From: a phage
Length of the DNA stretch: 64,000 nucleotides
Sequence record: PZ386975.1
Reading direction: 5' to 3' (one strand)
This document shows positions 18,926-28,455 of this stretch, in pieces. Both the position numbers and the translations under genes were made by a program. Numbering within the stretch: the first letter of the stretch is position 1; every line of letters begins with the position of its first letter. The notes below the pieces were generated by a model. It did not search any database, was not told the origin of the DNA, and saw only the letters and a list, made by a program, of their open reading frames with translations.

Positions 18926-18949
18926 AGCCCCTTAAATGGGGCTTTTTTA
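18926..18949 (+). terminator. rho-independent terminator ending the plus-strand early block
   Basis: AGCCCCTTAAATGGGGCT followed by TTTTTT; another hairpin at 18894-18912. Confidence 0.6.
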
Positions 18950-20640
18950 CGTCTATCAAATTCCTTTCCAGAATCTTAAAACCCACCTAACAAGTCAGAA
19001 CTTTACCAATGATTCGATAGAATCTATCTCATACCTTAAAAAGCAATAACTCTATAGTCTACTCTATAGCCTTTTATCAAATCAACTTAAATATAAGCCC
19101 ATAACCCGAAAGGGAAGGGCAACCACTAAAACGCTCTATAAAGCTCTATAACAGCCTTATCAACCTAACTTAATGGATTGCATTAACCCACCTTAAAAAG
19201 CTCTTTACAGGGCTTTATAGAGACTTAAAAGAATCTTATAAGGTTATAAGCTTTATTATCTCGTTAGCTATCTTGTGAACTACTAAAAAGGGCTATGAGA
19301 TAGGACTCTATGAGGGGTAATTCATTACCTGAATCACTATCAAATCCTATTGTTATTGTCTTAAAAGTATGTTATATGGGTTTGAAAGTAGCTTAAAAGT
19401 TACGTAAATGCTAGCCCCCTTAACATTTTCTTAACAATTTCTTAACAAACCCTACATAGCTATGCTTGTTAGCCCCTTGTTAAATTTCTGTTAAGACCAC
19501 GTAAAAGCCTTGTAAGAGTCTTTGGCATAGCCTTAAAAGCCCCTGTAAAGCCCTATAAAGAGCTATCCATACAGTTGAGGGGTAAATACTAGGAAGAGGC
19601 TTAAAAGAGCCTATAAAGAGTTATAGAGAGCTTTTAAAAGGTATGTTTAAGGAATCACTAAGAAAGGAAAGGGAACGATAAGAGAAGAGAGTTGTGTTTG
19701 TAAACAACCACTGTGACCATGTTAACAGCTTGTTAAAAAGATTAAACACTTGTTAGAAGCTTGTTAATTATCTTAATTGGTATTGTTACCAATCCCTAAC
19801 AAAATAACTCTTCAAAATTAACTTGTTAGCTCTTGTTAGTCATCTGTTAAGACTCTGTAAAGCCCTATCAAGCCTTGTTAGAAAACTGTTACAGCCTTGT
19901 TAGTTCTGTTGAGAAACTGTTAAGACCTTTGAAGAATTGTTAAGAAGATGTGAGAATTGTTAAGAGATTGTTAAGGATATTTTAAAATTCTGCAAAGGGG
20001 ATGTTACAGGGATGTTAAGGGCTACCAAGCAGATATACATCTTCTACAGATATTTTTGAGTTCCTTCAAAGACCCTAAAAAAAATGACTTGACAGTCCTA
20101 TTTTATAAAAATTTTAAGATTCTGAATAATTACCTATACAGCCTTTTAAAAATACAGGTAATAACAGGCTTATAAGATACCTTGTTAGTACCGTGTTAGA
20201 CCTTGTGAGATAAGGTCTGTGAAGATATTCCTGTTAAGTTTGTTAAAACAGTCTATATAGAGGCTTAGTAATACCTAGTGAACACCTATAGAGAGTGTCA
20301 TAGCTGACATAGAGATTAAGAGGTGTATAGGAGCTTCTAAGAGGATGTAGAGAGATGGTTAAGGTGATTGTATAGGTTGTTAAGAAGGCTTGTTAGAAGA
20401 GTGTTTAGAAGGATTGTTAGAGGGCTTGTTAGAAGGGTTATACAGAGGGGCTATTAAGACCACTAGATAGTTACTAAGATACTATATAGTACTATATAAC
20501 TATATAGAGAGTAAGATTAAGAAGGTTGTTAAGAAGGGTAAATATTTTATTCACATATGATGGTGACCCAGAGGTTGGGACAACCGATAAAATTTTATAA
20601 AAATTAAAAAGCCCCCAATTAAGGAGGCTCTCAAGATATT
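18950..20640. repeat. 1.7-kb non-coding, AT-rich region with dense short repeats (YTGTTAR iterons at about 11-bp spacing; CTATAAAG/CTTTATAG motifs; ACTATATA repeats)
   Basis: no ORF of 60 aa or more on either strand; about 30 TGTTAR copies, densest at 19800-20030 and 20370-20450. Confidence 0.7.
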
Positions 20641-21264
20641 TTAAATCAGGCTTTCTAAAACTGTCTTCAGGGATGACTTAGTTGTCTGATAAAAATGAGT
20701 GAATCCGTTGTTATTATCGAATATCTGCATCATGACAGCATCCCCCTTGATTGGATACACTCGGATATCATAGTGAAACCCATTAAAGACAGCAGAACCA
20801 TTACAGAATACACTAAAATCACTTGCTGAGATATACTCTTCATGACCTGTGATTTTTATACAGACACCTTTACTTGGTCTCTTAGGGTTGATATCTTCCA
20901 TAATAGACATACTCTGCCCACCAAGAGATACCATCGTGACCACTTTACGGTTCTTCTGTTTAAAGTACATCTTAACTTTCTGCAAAGTGTCTTCATAGAA
21001 CGGATAAGACTTCTCTACAAATATTCCTTCAAGTGGCTCTTTACCATTTTCAACTTCTCTGGTATGTCGTACTGCAAAGATAATTTGTTGGAACCAGTCA
21101 AGATTTTCTTCGGAGAGTGCTTCCCGAATATCATTCCAGTCAAGGACTAGGTAGTTACCTTCAACTTCTTTTAAGTTATCTTTTTCCATATCTATCACAC
21201 CATTATCGTAAAACTTGATATTCTGGTACTGCGAATTTATTACTATTGTTCTTGATGAGGTCAT
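20641..21264 (-). CDS. hypothetical protein (207 aa)
   Basis: ORF in minus-strand block. Confidence 0.5.
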   Translation of the reverse strand: MTSSRTIVINSQYQNIKFYDNGVIDMEKDNLKEVEGNYLVLDWNDIREALSEENLDWFQQIIFAVRHTREVENGKEPLEGIFVEKSYPFYEDTLQKVKMYFKQKNRKVVTMVSLGGQSMSIMEDINPKRPSKGVCIKITGHEEYISASDFSVFCNGSAVFNGFHYDIRVYPIKGDAVMMQIFDNNNGFTHFYQTTKSSLKTVLESLI

Positions 21265-21667
21265 CCTCTGAAACTAAAAATGTAATACCACATAAGTGTC
21301 TGTAACGACTATCATACTCGAATATCTTAAACAGATATTTACCATCATGATAAACCTGTTGCACTTCACCTTCTGCAACAATCTCGCCTGTAATAAAATT
21401 TTTTAGTTTATACACATTACCAACTTTAGGTACTGTTTTCATCTCAGGCTCTTTTAGTGCTACACCTATTTTTGCATCACCGAGTAAATGAGAACTCTCA
21501 AAAGCTACGTGTTTCATATAAGCTTCTGAGCATTCCCAAATAAAACAATGTACAAGAACCTTAGCAGCATGTCTTGAGCAGTTCAACTTATCACAAATTT
21601 CTGTGTACATCTCATCTTTAGTAGAATTGTCAAGCATTGCTCTTTGCACTACTTCTTTAATTTTCAT
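21203..21667 (-). CDS. hypothetical protein (154 aa)
   Basis: ORF in minus-strand block. Confidence 0.5.
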   Translation of the reverse strand: MKIKEVVQRAMLDNSTKDEMYTEICDKLNCSRHAAKVLVHCFIWECSEAYMKHVAFESSHLLGDAKIGVALKEPEMKTVPKVGNVYKLKNFITGEIVAEGEVQQVYHDGKYLFKIFEYDSRYRHLCGITFLVSEDDLIKNNSNKFAVPEYQVLR

Positions 21668-22079
21668 AAGCTCTCCGAATAACCCTATTAAGCATCTCTA
21701 AAGTCAGCTTTCCAGATTCTAAATGTGGCATGATGAGTTTTAAAGCTTTTTCAACATCATTCACAACATCTATTATACCTTCTGCATAGGCTTCTACAAG
21801 GATATCTTTTACACCGATATAGCCTTCATTGATAATGATTTGCATATCAAAATCTTCTGATTGCTTGTTTAACTTACCTCTCCAATACCCATCAGCATTA
21901 AAAGATATCACTTCACACTCTTTAAAATCCATATCATCTGCATGGAATGGAGTAATTATTGTGCATTGGATTGGGTACTCTACACCAGTGGTGTCAACAT
22001 CAAAGACCTTCACAGAAGTAAGTGGTTTCTTTGTTTTAGAGCAGTAAACTACCAATCTTTTACCAATAAGCTCTTTCAT
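21657..22079 (-). CDS. hypothetical protein (140 aa)
   Basis: ORF in minus-strand block. Confidence 0.5.
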   Translation of the reverse strand: MKELIGKRLVVYCSKTKKPLTSVKVFDVDTTGVEYPIQCTIITPFHADDMDFKECEVISFNADGYWRGKLNKQSEDFDMQIIINEGYIGVKDILVEAYAEGIIDVVNDVEKALKLIMPHLESGKLTLEMLNRVIRRAYEN

Positions 22080-22131
22080 TTCGCTACCTTCTAAGTTTCT
22101 ACAAAGGGGCTATCAAGTAACCCCTAAGTTA

Positions 22132-22356
22132 TTACTCAGACTTTTCAGTCTTCTTATCGGACTTCTTACTAGTCTTCTTCTCAGCTTTCTGCTCAGGTTC
22201 CTTCTCAGAAGTTGCCTTGATAACCATATCAAGAAGCTCTGATAAGTCACTCTTCAGCAAAGTAACAGGCTGCTCATTGTAGAAGTTTTTGTCAAGATAA
22301 ACTTTGAACTCTTCTATAGAAGGAAATCCAAAAATTGGTACAGGTGTCTTAATCAT
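22132..22356 (-). CDS. hypothetical protein with Lys-rich C-terminus (74 aa)
   Basis: ORF in minus-strand block. Confidence 0.4.
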   Translation of the reverse strand: MIKTPVPIFGFPSIEEFKVYLDKNFYNEQPVTLLKSDLSELLDMVIKATSEKEPEQKAEKKTSKKSDKKTEKSE

Positions 22357-22432
22357 TACTTAGTTTCTCCATAGGCATCTTTCAAGATTGCCTTGTTAAT
22401 CATTTCAGCGATTGCAAAACGAACACATACAG

Positions 22433-22936
22433 CTATAATTGTAGGTTGCATTCTTTACTTACCTCTTCAAGTTTAACCTCAGAATCCTTAAGTCGTTTCT
22501 TATGAACTCTGAATCTTATTAGTGAGATGATAATACCAGCTAAAGGAACAGTATACAAGTACCAGATATCATGTAGCTTTGCAGTAATCTGTGTAATTGT
22601 CAAATCTTGAGCTATGCAGCTAATTACTGATACTGCCAGTAACATTGCTAAGAAGAAAGCCAGTATCATAACAATATTCAGACAACCTCTGGCATGGTAT
22701 TCATGCTTAATGCACTTATTCTTTTCGTCAACAACCCTGTTGTAGTCGTTTGTAAAGTCTCTGTAGAAAGCTTTCAAGTATTCTTGAGTGTAGCCTTCAA
22801 AGCAACCTGTACCATACCAATAATCACCACCAAAATGTGCTATGATACCGGTATCTCCATTTGGTTTGGTTACTCTCAAAGAGGTGTGATGACGAGTATC
22901 TTGATAGTCTATTTTGTATCTTTCTTCATAAATCAT
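22433..22936 (-). CDS. hypothetical membrane protein (167 aa)
   Basis: hydrophobic segments IVMILAFFLAMLLAVSVI and VPLAGIIISLI. Confidence 0.5.
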   Translation of the reverse strand: MIYEERYKIDYQDTRHHTSLRVTKPNGDTGIIAHFGGDYWYGTGCFEGYTQEYLKAFYRDFTNDYNRVVDEKNKCIKHEYHARGCLNIVMILAFFLAMLLAVSVISCIAQDLTITQITAKLHDIWYLYTVPLAGIIISLIRFRVHKKRLKDSEVKLEEVSKECNLQL

Positions 22937-23151
22937 TTTCCAATCCCTCTCAATCGTTTATTCCACTCAAGGTCAACAAGTCTTTGCAGGACTTTCCCTC
23001 TAGGTGTTACACCTTTTAAATCTGCATCGTAGCAACGGTAAAAGTCACCTTCAGCGTGTTTACCATAGCATTTTCTGATATTCTGACTCCTACGATATTG
23101 TTCTAATAGGGACAGTTTGTAGTAATCTTCAACTGTAGTTAGTTTTTTCAT
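22933..23151 (-). CDS. hypothetical protein (72 aa)
   Basis: ORF overlapping the downstream start. Confidence 0.4.
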   Translation of the reverse strand: MKKLTTVEDYYKLSLLEQYRRSQNIRKCYGKHAEGDFYRCYDADLKGVTPRGKVLQRLVDLEWNKRLRGIGK

Positions 23152-23223
23152 TTTTCACCACGCATCTTCTTAAGAAGCTAAAAAGGGAACTACCTCTCGA
23201 TAGCTCCCATTATAGTCAATATT

Positions 23224-23814
23224 TTATACTCGGCAAGAGTACTTCTTAGGCATTAATGCACTGCGTTTGCTACTTTCTTCACTCAATAGTGCGATAAAGT
23301 CATCACCTTTACCTTTCCACGGGCTGAATGAAGGGATATGCTCACGAATAGCCTCAATAACCGTCTTAAGTGCTGTATTTTTCATCCACCAATCAGAATC
23401 TGCTGATGCCACTACGTAGTATCCACCTTCATCAGTCAGAATTGGCTCTGAGATACATGGAGAAATCAAAGTTGTGATGATTGAACCATTGTTCATGTAG
23501 TATGTACGCTTAATAACCTTTTCAAGAAGCTTGTGTAGGTCACCAAACAGTGTGACAAGCTCTTTATGGTCAATGTCTTTTTCGAGGCTTGCTCGATACT
23601 TCAATAGTGCAGCATCAACTTCTCTGTCATTGAATTTGAAGTATTGTACTTCATCAACAAGGCAAACACTGATATTGTTGACATTCATAGTCAACTTACA
23701 GACTTTTGCAGGAGAATTGATACTTGGTTGAAAAAGTGCAACACAACCTTCAATGTTCCCAAAATGTTGGACTAGTGTTACTTGTGGGGTAATATTCTGT
23801 TGCTCTTCGGACAT
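23224..23814 (-). CDS. hypothetical protein (196 aa)
   Basis: ORF in minus-strand block. Confidence 0.5.
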   Translation of the reverse strand: MSEEQQNITPQVTLVQHFGNIEGCVALFQPSINSPAKVCKLTMNVNNISVCLVDEVQYFKFNDREVDAALLKYRASLEKDIDHKELVTLFGDLHKLLEKVIKRTYYMNNGSIITTLISPCISEPILTDEGGYYVVASADSDWWMKNTALKTVIEAIREHIPSFSPWKGKGDDFIALLSEESSKRSALMPKKYSCRV

Positions 23815-24158
23815 TACAGTTTCCTCATTAAATACTTTTTAAGTTGTGTGTTAGGTTTCTCAAAAACCTCTATAGAAGATATCTTGACAGATTCACCACG
23901 CATACCTGTATGTTTGAATATATAGTACTCTAACATCCCTATATACTTCGCTGGTAAGTCATACTTGACATACACCGTTACAGAATCTTCAAATTCAACA
24001 ACCTTTGTACCATCTTTGTAGTTAAACTCTTTAGGGTGGTCGTAGTTGTCGATATCGTACATTAAAAAGAGTCTTTTCCGTTGCATGTCAAGCTTATTTG
24101 TTAAAGACTCTTTAATATCTGAGAAGTTTTTGTAAACTGTGACATGGAGCTTACTCAT
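23814..24158 (-). CDS. hypothetical protein (114 aa)
   Basis: ORF in minus-strand block. Confidence 0.5.
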   Translation of the reverse strand: MSKLHVTVYKNFSDIKESLTNKLDMQRKRLFLMYDIDNYDHPKEFNYKDGTKVVEFEDSVTVYVKYDLPAKYIGMLEYYIFKHTGMRGESVKISSIEVFEKPNTQLKKYLMRKL

Positions 24159-24444
24159 CGTTAAACTCTCTGACGAAGAAATAGTTGACTTTATTATTAC
24201 CTACCATAAGGTCAAAGCAGGTGTTCTCAAAAGGCTTGTTGTAGGCATCATATGAAGTGTACGTATCAGCTACTTGCTTAGTAGTGAGCTTTTTACTTGA
24301 TGGATTTAAGAGGCCACCATACAGTTTCTTGATAGCCTCTTCTACAACAGACCAGATGATTTCGTCAGTAATTTCTTCGTACAGGTCAAGTTCACGCTCT
24401 AGTGAGAAGTCACAAATAGGGAAAATAACCTGTACTTTACTCAT
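24151..24444 (-). CDS. hypothetical protein (97 aa)
   Basis: ORF in minus-strand block. Confidence 0.5.
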   Translation of the reverse strand: MSKVQVIFPICDFSLERELDLYEEITDEIIWSVVEEAIKKLYGGLLNPSSKKLTTKQVADTYTSYDAYNKPFENTCFDLMVGNNKVNYFFVREFNDE

Positions 24445-24839
24445 TAACGAATCACCTGTGAGACTTGAATTGCTTCAGTTACTGACAAGTCACCTACTTT
24501 CTCTTCTTTGATAAAGGTGAAGGTAAGTTCAACAGGCTCTCGCTCTTCTTGCTCAACTGGAACACCATTAAGCTCATCAAAGATTGATTGAGTTGTCCAG
24601 TCTTCTCCACCATCTGGATAATGGATTGCATAAAGAGGAAACTCTAAATTGTACCAAGCAAAAACAGGACAACCATCGGCATCATCTCGGCATCTGTGGA
24701 GATATGTGTTTGTACCTTCAAAATGCAAATGCAGATTGCCATTCTTCTCAAAGAGAAGAGCATCTTGCAGGTCTAATTCTTCATTTTCACTGTAACGACT
24801 GACATCAACTTTAACGTGGATATGACTGCTATTATTCAT
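24444..24839 (-). CDS. hypothetical protein (131 aa)
   Basis: ORF in minus-strand block. Confidence 0.5.
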   Translation of the reverse strand: MNNSSHIHVKVDVSRYSENEELDLQDALLFEKNGNLHLHFEGTNTYLHRCRDDADGCPVFAWYNLEFPLYAIHYPDGGEDWTTQSIFDELNGVPVEQEEREPVELTFTFIKEEKVGDLSVTEAIQVSQVIR

Positions 24840-25230
24840 AAAAACCTCTCTCTGCTTGTTCGATTTTTGCTCTTAAAGCTTCACAATGTTGTAAATGATA
24901 GTTAGCTTCTTGTTCATGTGTTGCTAACTGCCTTTCAAGAACAGTTTTATAATAACTTGCAAGTTGCTCTTTTGTCAATGGGTGCTCTGAAATAATATCA
25001 AGTCCACTCTCGCCAAGAGGGTTGAATTGTCCATGCTCATTGACATTGTAAGTCTCAAACTTGAACAGACCATTGTTCACAGACTCAATAGGTGACAGTT
25101 CAACAAGCTCTACAGTAAACCGTGTATACACCTTGTCACCTCTTGAAACTACATTGTTTCCGACAATGCGTACAAGCGAGCCATTACGAGTGTACTTAAA
25201 AGTCCCAAAGTCACTAGCCCAAAGCTTCAT
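24832..25230 (-). CDS. hypothetical protein (132 aa)
   Basis: ORF in minus-strand block. Confidence 0.5.
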   Translation of the reverse strand: MKLWASDFGTFKYTRNGSLVRIVGNNVVSRGDKVYTRFTVELVELSPIESVNNGLFKFETYNVNEHGQFNPLGESGLDIISEHPLTKEQLASYYKTVLERQLATHEQEANYHLQHCEALRAKIEQAERGFYE

Positions 25231-25254
25231 AGTTTTCTCCTTAGAAAATAAAAA

Positions 25255-25270
25255 GGCTCCCGAAGGAGCC
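25255..25270 (-). terminator. stem-loop GGCTCCCGAAGGAGCC between lysozyme and the next gene
   Basis: GC hairpin with adjacent A-run on plus strand (T-run on minus). Confidence 0.45.
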
Positions 25271-25280
25271 TATGAAGATA

Positions 25281-25745
25281 TTACTTTGGGTATACACTGT
25301 CAAGATAAATGTCAGCTTCCATTCTACGTCTGTTTTTCAGTCCGTTTGAAGTGACTTTCTTACCTTCGACTGTAACCTTGTTCCACCACTGCATAGCTTC
25401 TGCACAACCTACCTTATTACCAGCGTTGTGGCGCTTGATAAATGTGGAATCCTGCATAGCTGTGATACCGATGTTGTATGTTTCACTTACAAGTGCATCA
25501 AACTCGTTCTGAGAAGTTGGAACCTTGATGGCTTTATTCACTGCTGCAACGAATTTCTCAACATCTGCAAGAAGATACTGTTCAGCTTGTTCAGCGGTAA
25601 TCTTCATACCCATCTTAACAGGCTTCCCACCAATACGGATTGTCCCATACCCAATTGTGGGGATTCCAGCAGAATCTTCGTAAGCCTCCAGCTTAAGACC
25701 TTCAAAGAACTTAATAGCTTCTAAACCTTTTCTTGAGAGTTGCAT
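25281..25745 (-). CDS. GH24 phage lysozyme (T4 e-like endolysin)
   Basis: FEGLKLEAYEDSAGIPTIGYG matches the T4 lysozyme catalytic region ([21 protein letters not shown]). Confidence 0.85.
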   Translation of the reverse strand: MQLSRKGLEAIKFFEGLKLEAYEDSAGIPTIGYGTIRIGGKPVKMGMKITAEQAEQYLLADVEKFVAAVNKAIKVPTSQNEFDALVSETYNIGITAMQDSTFIKRHNAGNKVGCAEAMQWWNKVTVEGKKVTSNGLKNRRRMEADIYLDSVYPK

Positions 25746-26377
25746 TATGCCTCCCCTGCTGGGTTAACTGTAACTGTTGCTGCATTAGATGTTACAGAGC
25801 CACCTGCACCAGTAACTACACAGGTGTAGCTTCCTGCATCAGCAGTGGTTGCACCTTCTTTGGTGTAAGTTGCAGTAGTTGCATCGAGGATGTCTTCCTC
25901 ACCTTTCTTCCACTGGTAACCTGTCGCACCTGTTGCCGCAACATTCAGCGTTAAGGTCTCACCTTCATTAATTTCTTGATTGGTTGGCTGTTGAGTGATT
26001 GCTGGTGGCTTGATAGCATCCTTCAACTTAGCATTCAGCATTGAGAATGGTTTAACTCTTGCCAGCCATTCACAATAAACTGTATCAACGTCTTTACCAT
26101 TGATAATTGCATATTGTAAGTCCATGAAGAAGTCAGAAGTTCTCATTTGAGCACCAATGCTGTAAAGCAACTCATCACTAAATGGAACTTTGTAGTCTGG
26201 TTTGTAGTCAAACTCATCGACTTCTGCAATATCAGCTTCAGGCCAATATGAACTATAGGTAAGTGGTAAAATAACCTCTTGATATGTTCTAAAATCATAT
26301 CTCTTACCAGCCTTTACATTTGCAATGAAACCCTTCACAAACTCTTTGAAGTCTGGGTAAGTCTTTGCTTTAATCAT
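25745..26377 (-). CDS. hypothetical protein with C-terminal Ig-like domain
   Basis: C-terminal ...GYQWKKGEE...AGSYTCVVTG... Ig-like signature; N-terminus paralogous to 26374..26745. Confidence 0.55.
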   Translation of the reverse strand: MIKAKTYPDFKEFVKGFIANVKAGKRYDFRTYQEVILPLTYSSYWPEADIAEVDEFDYKPDYKVPFSDELLYSIGAQMRTSDFFMDLQYAIINGKDVDTVYCEWLARVKPFSMLNAKLKDAIKPPAITQQPTNQEINEGETLTLNVAATGATGYQWKKGEEDILDATTATYTKEGATTADAGSYTCVVTGAGGSVTSNAATVTVNPAGEA

Positions 26378-26745
26378 TTCTTTTTAGCCTCTAAATGTGC
26401 GTTTAGTCTAAAATAGCCTTTGTGATGCGGAGATACATCACCAACAACAATACCTTTAACCTTATAACCTTTACCAATTACATACTGGATATCCATAAGG
26501 AATCTTCCAAGACCAACAATATGGAACATTGGATATAATAGATTCTCAGAGTCTGGAATATTGATTTCGGGTTTGTAGGTGCGTTGTTCGGTTATTGGTG
26601 TAATATCTTCTTCAGGCCATTTACTGAGTCTCCATGTCAAAGGTGTTGGGATAACATCATTAAGGTTGTATCTTTCACCATTTTGCACGGAATTGATATA
26701 GGATTGTAGGAAGCAATAAAAGTCTTTTGCACTCTTAGCTTTCAT
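26374..26745 (-). CDS. hypothetical protein, paralog of the N-terminal domain of 25745..26377
   Basis: shared N-terminal pattern (MxKAKxxxDF...YxxxxG.RY...WPEEDI...YKPE...LLY...MDIQY). Confidence 0.5.
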   Translation of the reverse strand: MKAKSAKDFYCFLQSYINSVQNGERYNLNDVIPTPLTWRLSKWPEEDITPITEQRTYKPEINIPDSENLLYPMFHIVGLGRFLMDIQYVIGKGYKVKGIVVGDVSPHHKGYFRLNAHLEAKKK

Positions 26746-26792
26746 TAAATATCCTTATAAATAGTTAAAGGGGCATCAGCCCCTATTCACAC

Positions 26793-27383
26793 TTAAGCTT
26801 TGGTCTTAAGTAGGTTCTTAAGTTTTTTAAGATTCATACTCTCATCAAACTTAAAACCAAATCCATTGACATAATCAATGAACTCGGATTTCTTACTGAG
26901 TGACAATGCGTAACTCATATCAAAGTTCTTACTTGTTTCTGCGTCTGGACTAGAGTTCACATCAAATGAAATTTCTGTAGGCTCTTGCTTACTTTTTCTC
27001 ATATTATCAACCAACAAACATGTATAGTTTGCTGGATAGAAATTTACACTGCCGTCGACGTAGCTGTACTTATTATTATGAATAAGGTTGGAAAATACCT
27101 TAAGGAATGTTTCTGAGTCGTGGCAAACAAGTTTGAATTGGCTGCTCTCTCCAAGCGCAACTAATGAGTACGGACTTTCACTATCAAAGTCATAATTTGG
27201 ATTCGATGCCGTCACTGTTACACGCATCAAGTTATTAGCAATAGTCTTCTGTTTAAAAGAATTTTGAACATAGTGAAGACCTCTATCACACTGATTGACT
27301 AGCTCTTTAAGTAGGTCATTTGCATATGGTGAATTAATTGATACAGAGCCATCACTATTGTAATTAAAACTTACTGTTAACAT
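26793..27383 (-). CDS. hypothetical protein (196 aa)
   Basis: ORF in minus-strand block; hairpin 26769-26784 downstream. Confidence 0.5.
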   Translation of the reverse strand: MLTVSFNYNSDGSVSINSPYANDLLKELVNQCDRGLHYVQNSFKQKTIANNLMRVTVTASNPNYDFDSESPYSLVALGESSQFKLVCHDSETFLKVFSNLIHNNKYSYVDGSVNFYPANYTCLLVDNMRKSKQEPTEISFDVNSSPDAETSKNFDMSYALSLSKKSEFIDYVNGFGFKFDESMNLKKLKNLLKTKA

Positions 27384-27610
27384 TTTTCAGTTCTCCTGCG
27401 ATTTATGATTTTGCTGCAATAGAGAAACGAAGTAAACTCACTGGAAGAAACCACTAAGTGTTGTTCACTAGATTGAGCCATTGCCCTGAAATACATTCCA
27501 GTCAAAGCATCATAGTGACTATTCTTTCCAATTGAGGTTATATAGCCATGACTCTTTGCAGTTTGATATAAATCTATAATATCTGCGATTTCTAATTGGG
27601 AACTACACAT
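27377..27610 (-). CDS. hypothetical protein (77 aa)
   Basis: ORF in minus-strand block. Confidence 0.4.
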   Translation of the reverse strand: MCSSQLEIADIIDLYQTAKSHGYITSIGKNSHYDALTGMYFRAMAQSSEQHLVVSSSEFTSFLYCSKIINRRRTEKC

Positions 27611-27774
27611 AGATAATCCTCTTGTCTTCTGTAATTTTGAAAGAACAGGTACAGACCAATTTCAGAGGATGAATAGTAGATTAATTCTACCCTTTTTGAT
27701 TCCTTACAGTGATTGGTATTCTTACCTTTCTTCGGTTTATTTGATTTTCTCATTAAGTCTCCTTTGTAGAACAA
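27592..27774 (-). CDS. hypothetical small basic protein (60 aa)
   Basis: first ORF after the divergent promoter region; weak. Confidence 0.3.
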   Translation of the reverse strand: MFYKGDLMRKSNKPKKGKNTNHCKESKRVELIYYSSSEIGLYLFFQNYRRQEDYLCVVPN

Positions 27775-28002
27775 GGCAGACCTACAGCTTTAAGTAAGAT
27801 GGTACAGTAATCCATACAACAAGTCAAGAACTATTGCAAGTTAAAAAAGTCGTTGACAAAGTACTTGACAAGGTGTAGGCTTATAAATACTTAGAAGATA
27901 ACTTAAAAGGTTCCTCTAAAAAGGCTATTTAAACAGATATCTTTCTGGATATCTATCTTTTATCTTAAAAGCCTTTTAAGAGGTCTTATAAGAGGCATAC
28001 CA
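27775..28002. promoter_or_regulatory. divergent intergenic control region with two TTGACA hexamers (27852, 27864)
   Basis: lies between the starts of the minus block (27774) and plus block (28003); -10 spacing not optimal. Confidence 0.4.
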
Positions 28003-28374
28003 ATGAAAAACAGAACAAACAAAGGCCAGTTTAAAAAAGGCCAGTCTGGAAACCCATCTGGAAGACCAAAAGGCTCTCGTAACAAAAGCTCACTCGTAAA
28101 AGCTCAACTGACCATTGATAATTCTGCTGAGTTTGCTGCAAAGCTGTTTGAGGCGATTGTTACAAGGGATGCTGCTAAGCTTGCAGAGTTCGGGTTAAAC
28201 ACAGACGATGTAACCATCAAGAGTATGATTGAGGTCGGTAAAACTATCATGACTCACTCAGCAGGTGAGATGAAAGCAATTGCAGCAGACACTAAGAAGA
28301 CTCCTGATAATGGTGGTCAAACCCAGACAGATAACAAACCAACGTTCTCTGCTGTAGCGACTCTCAAAAAATAA
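28003..28374 (+). CDS. hypothetical protein with basic N-terminus (GNPSGRPKGSRNK motif), possibly nucleic-acid binding
   Basis: ORF with Lys/Arg-rich N-terminal region. Confidence 0.5.
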   Translation: MKNRTNKGQFKKGQSGNPSGRPKGSRNKSSLVKAQLTIDNSAEFAAKLFEAIVTRDAAKLAEFGLNTDDVTIKSMIEVGKTIMTHSAGEMKAIAADTKKTPDNGGQTQTDNKPTFSAVATLKK

Positions 28375-28455
28375 TTTTAAAAGGTGTTGACAGACTCTAC
28401 AAAGTTGCTCTAAAGTCTGTCACATCAAACAACAAATGAGAGAAGAGAGTAAAAT

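Noticed and set aside
27852-27887. Strong sigma70 promoter from TTGACA 27864 and TATAAAT 27881
   Set aside because: The spacer between the hexamers is only about 11 nt, far from the optimal 17; the region is kept only as a general divergent control region.
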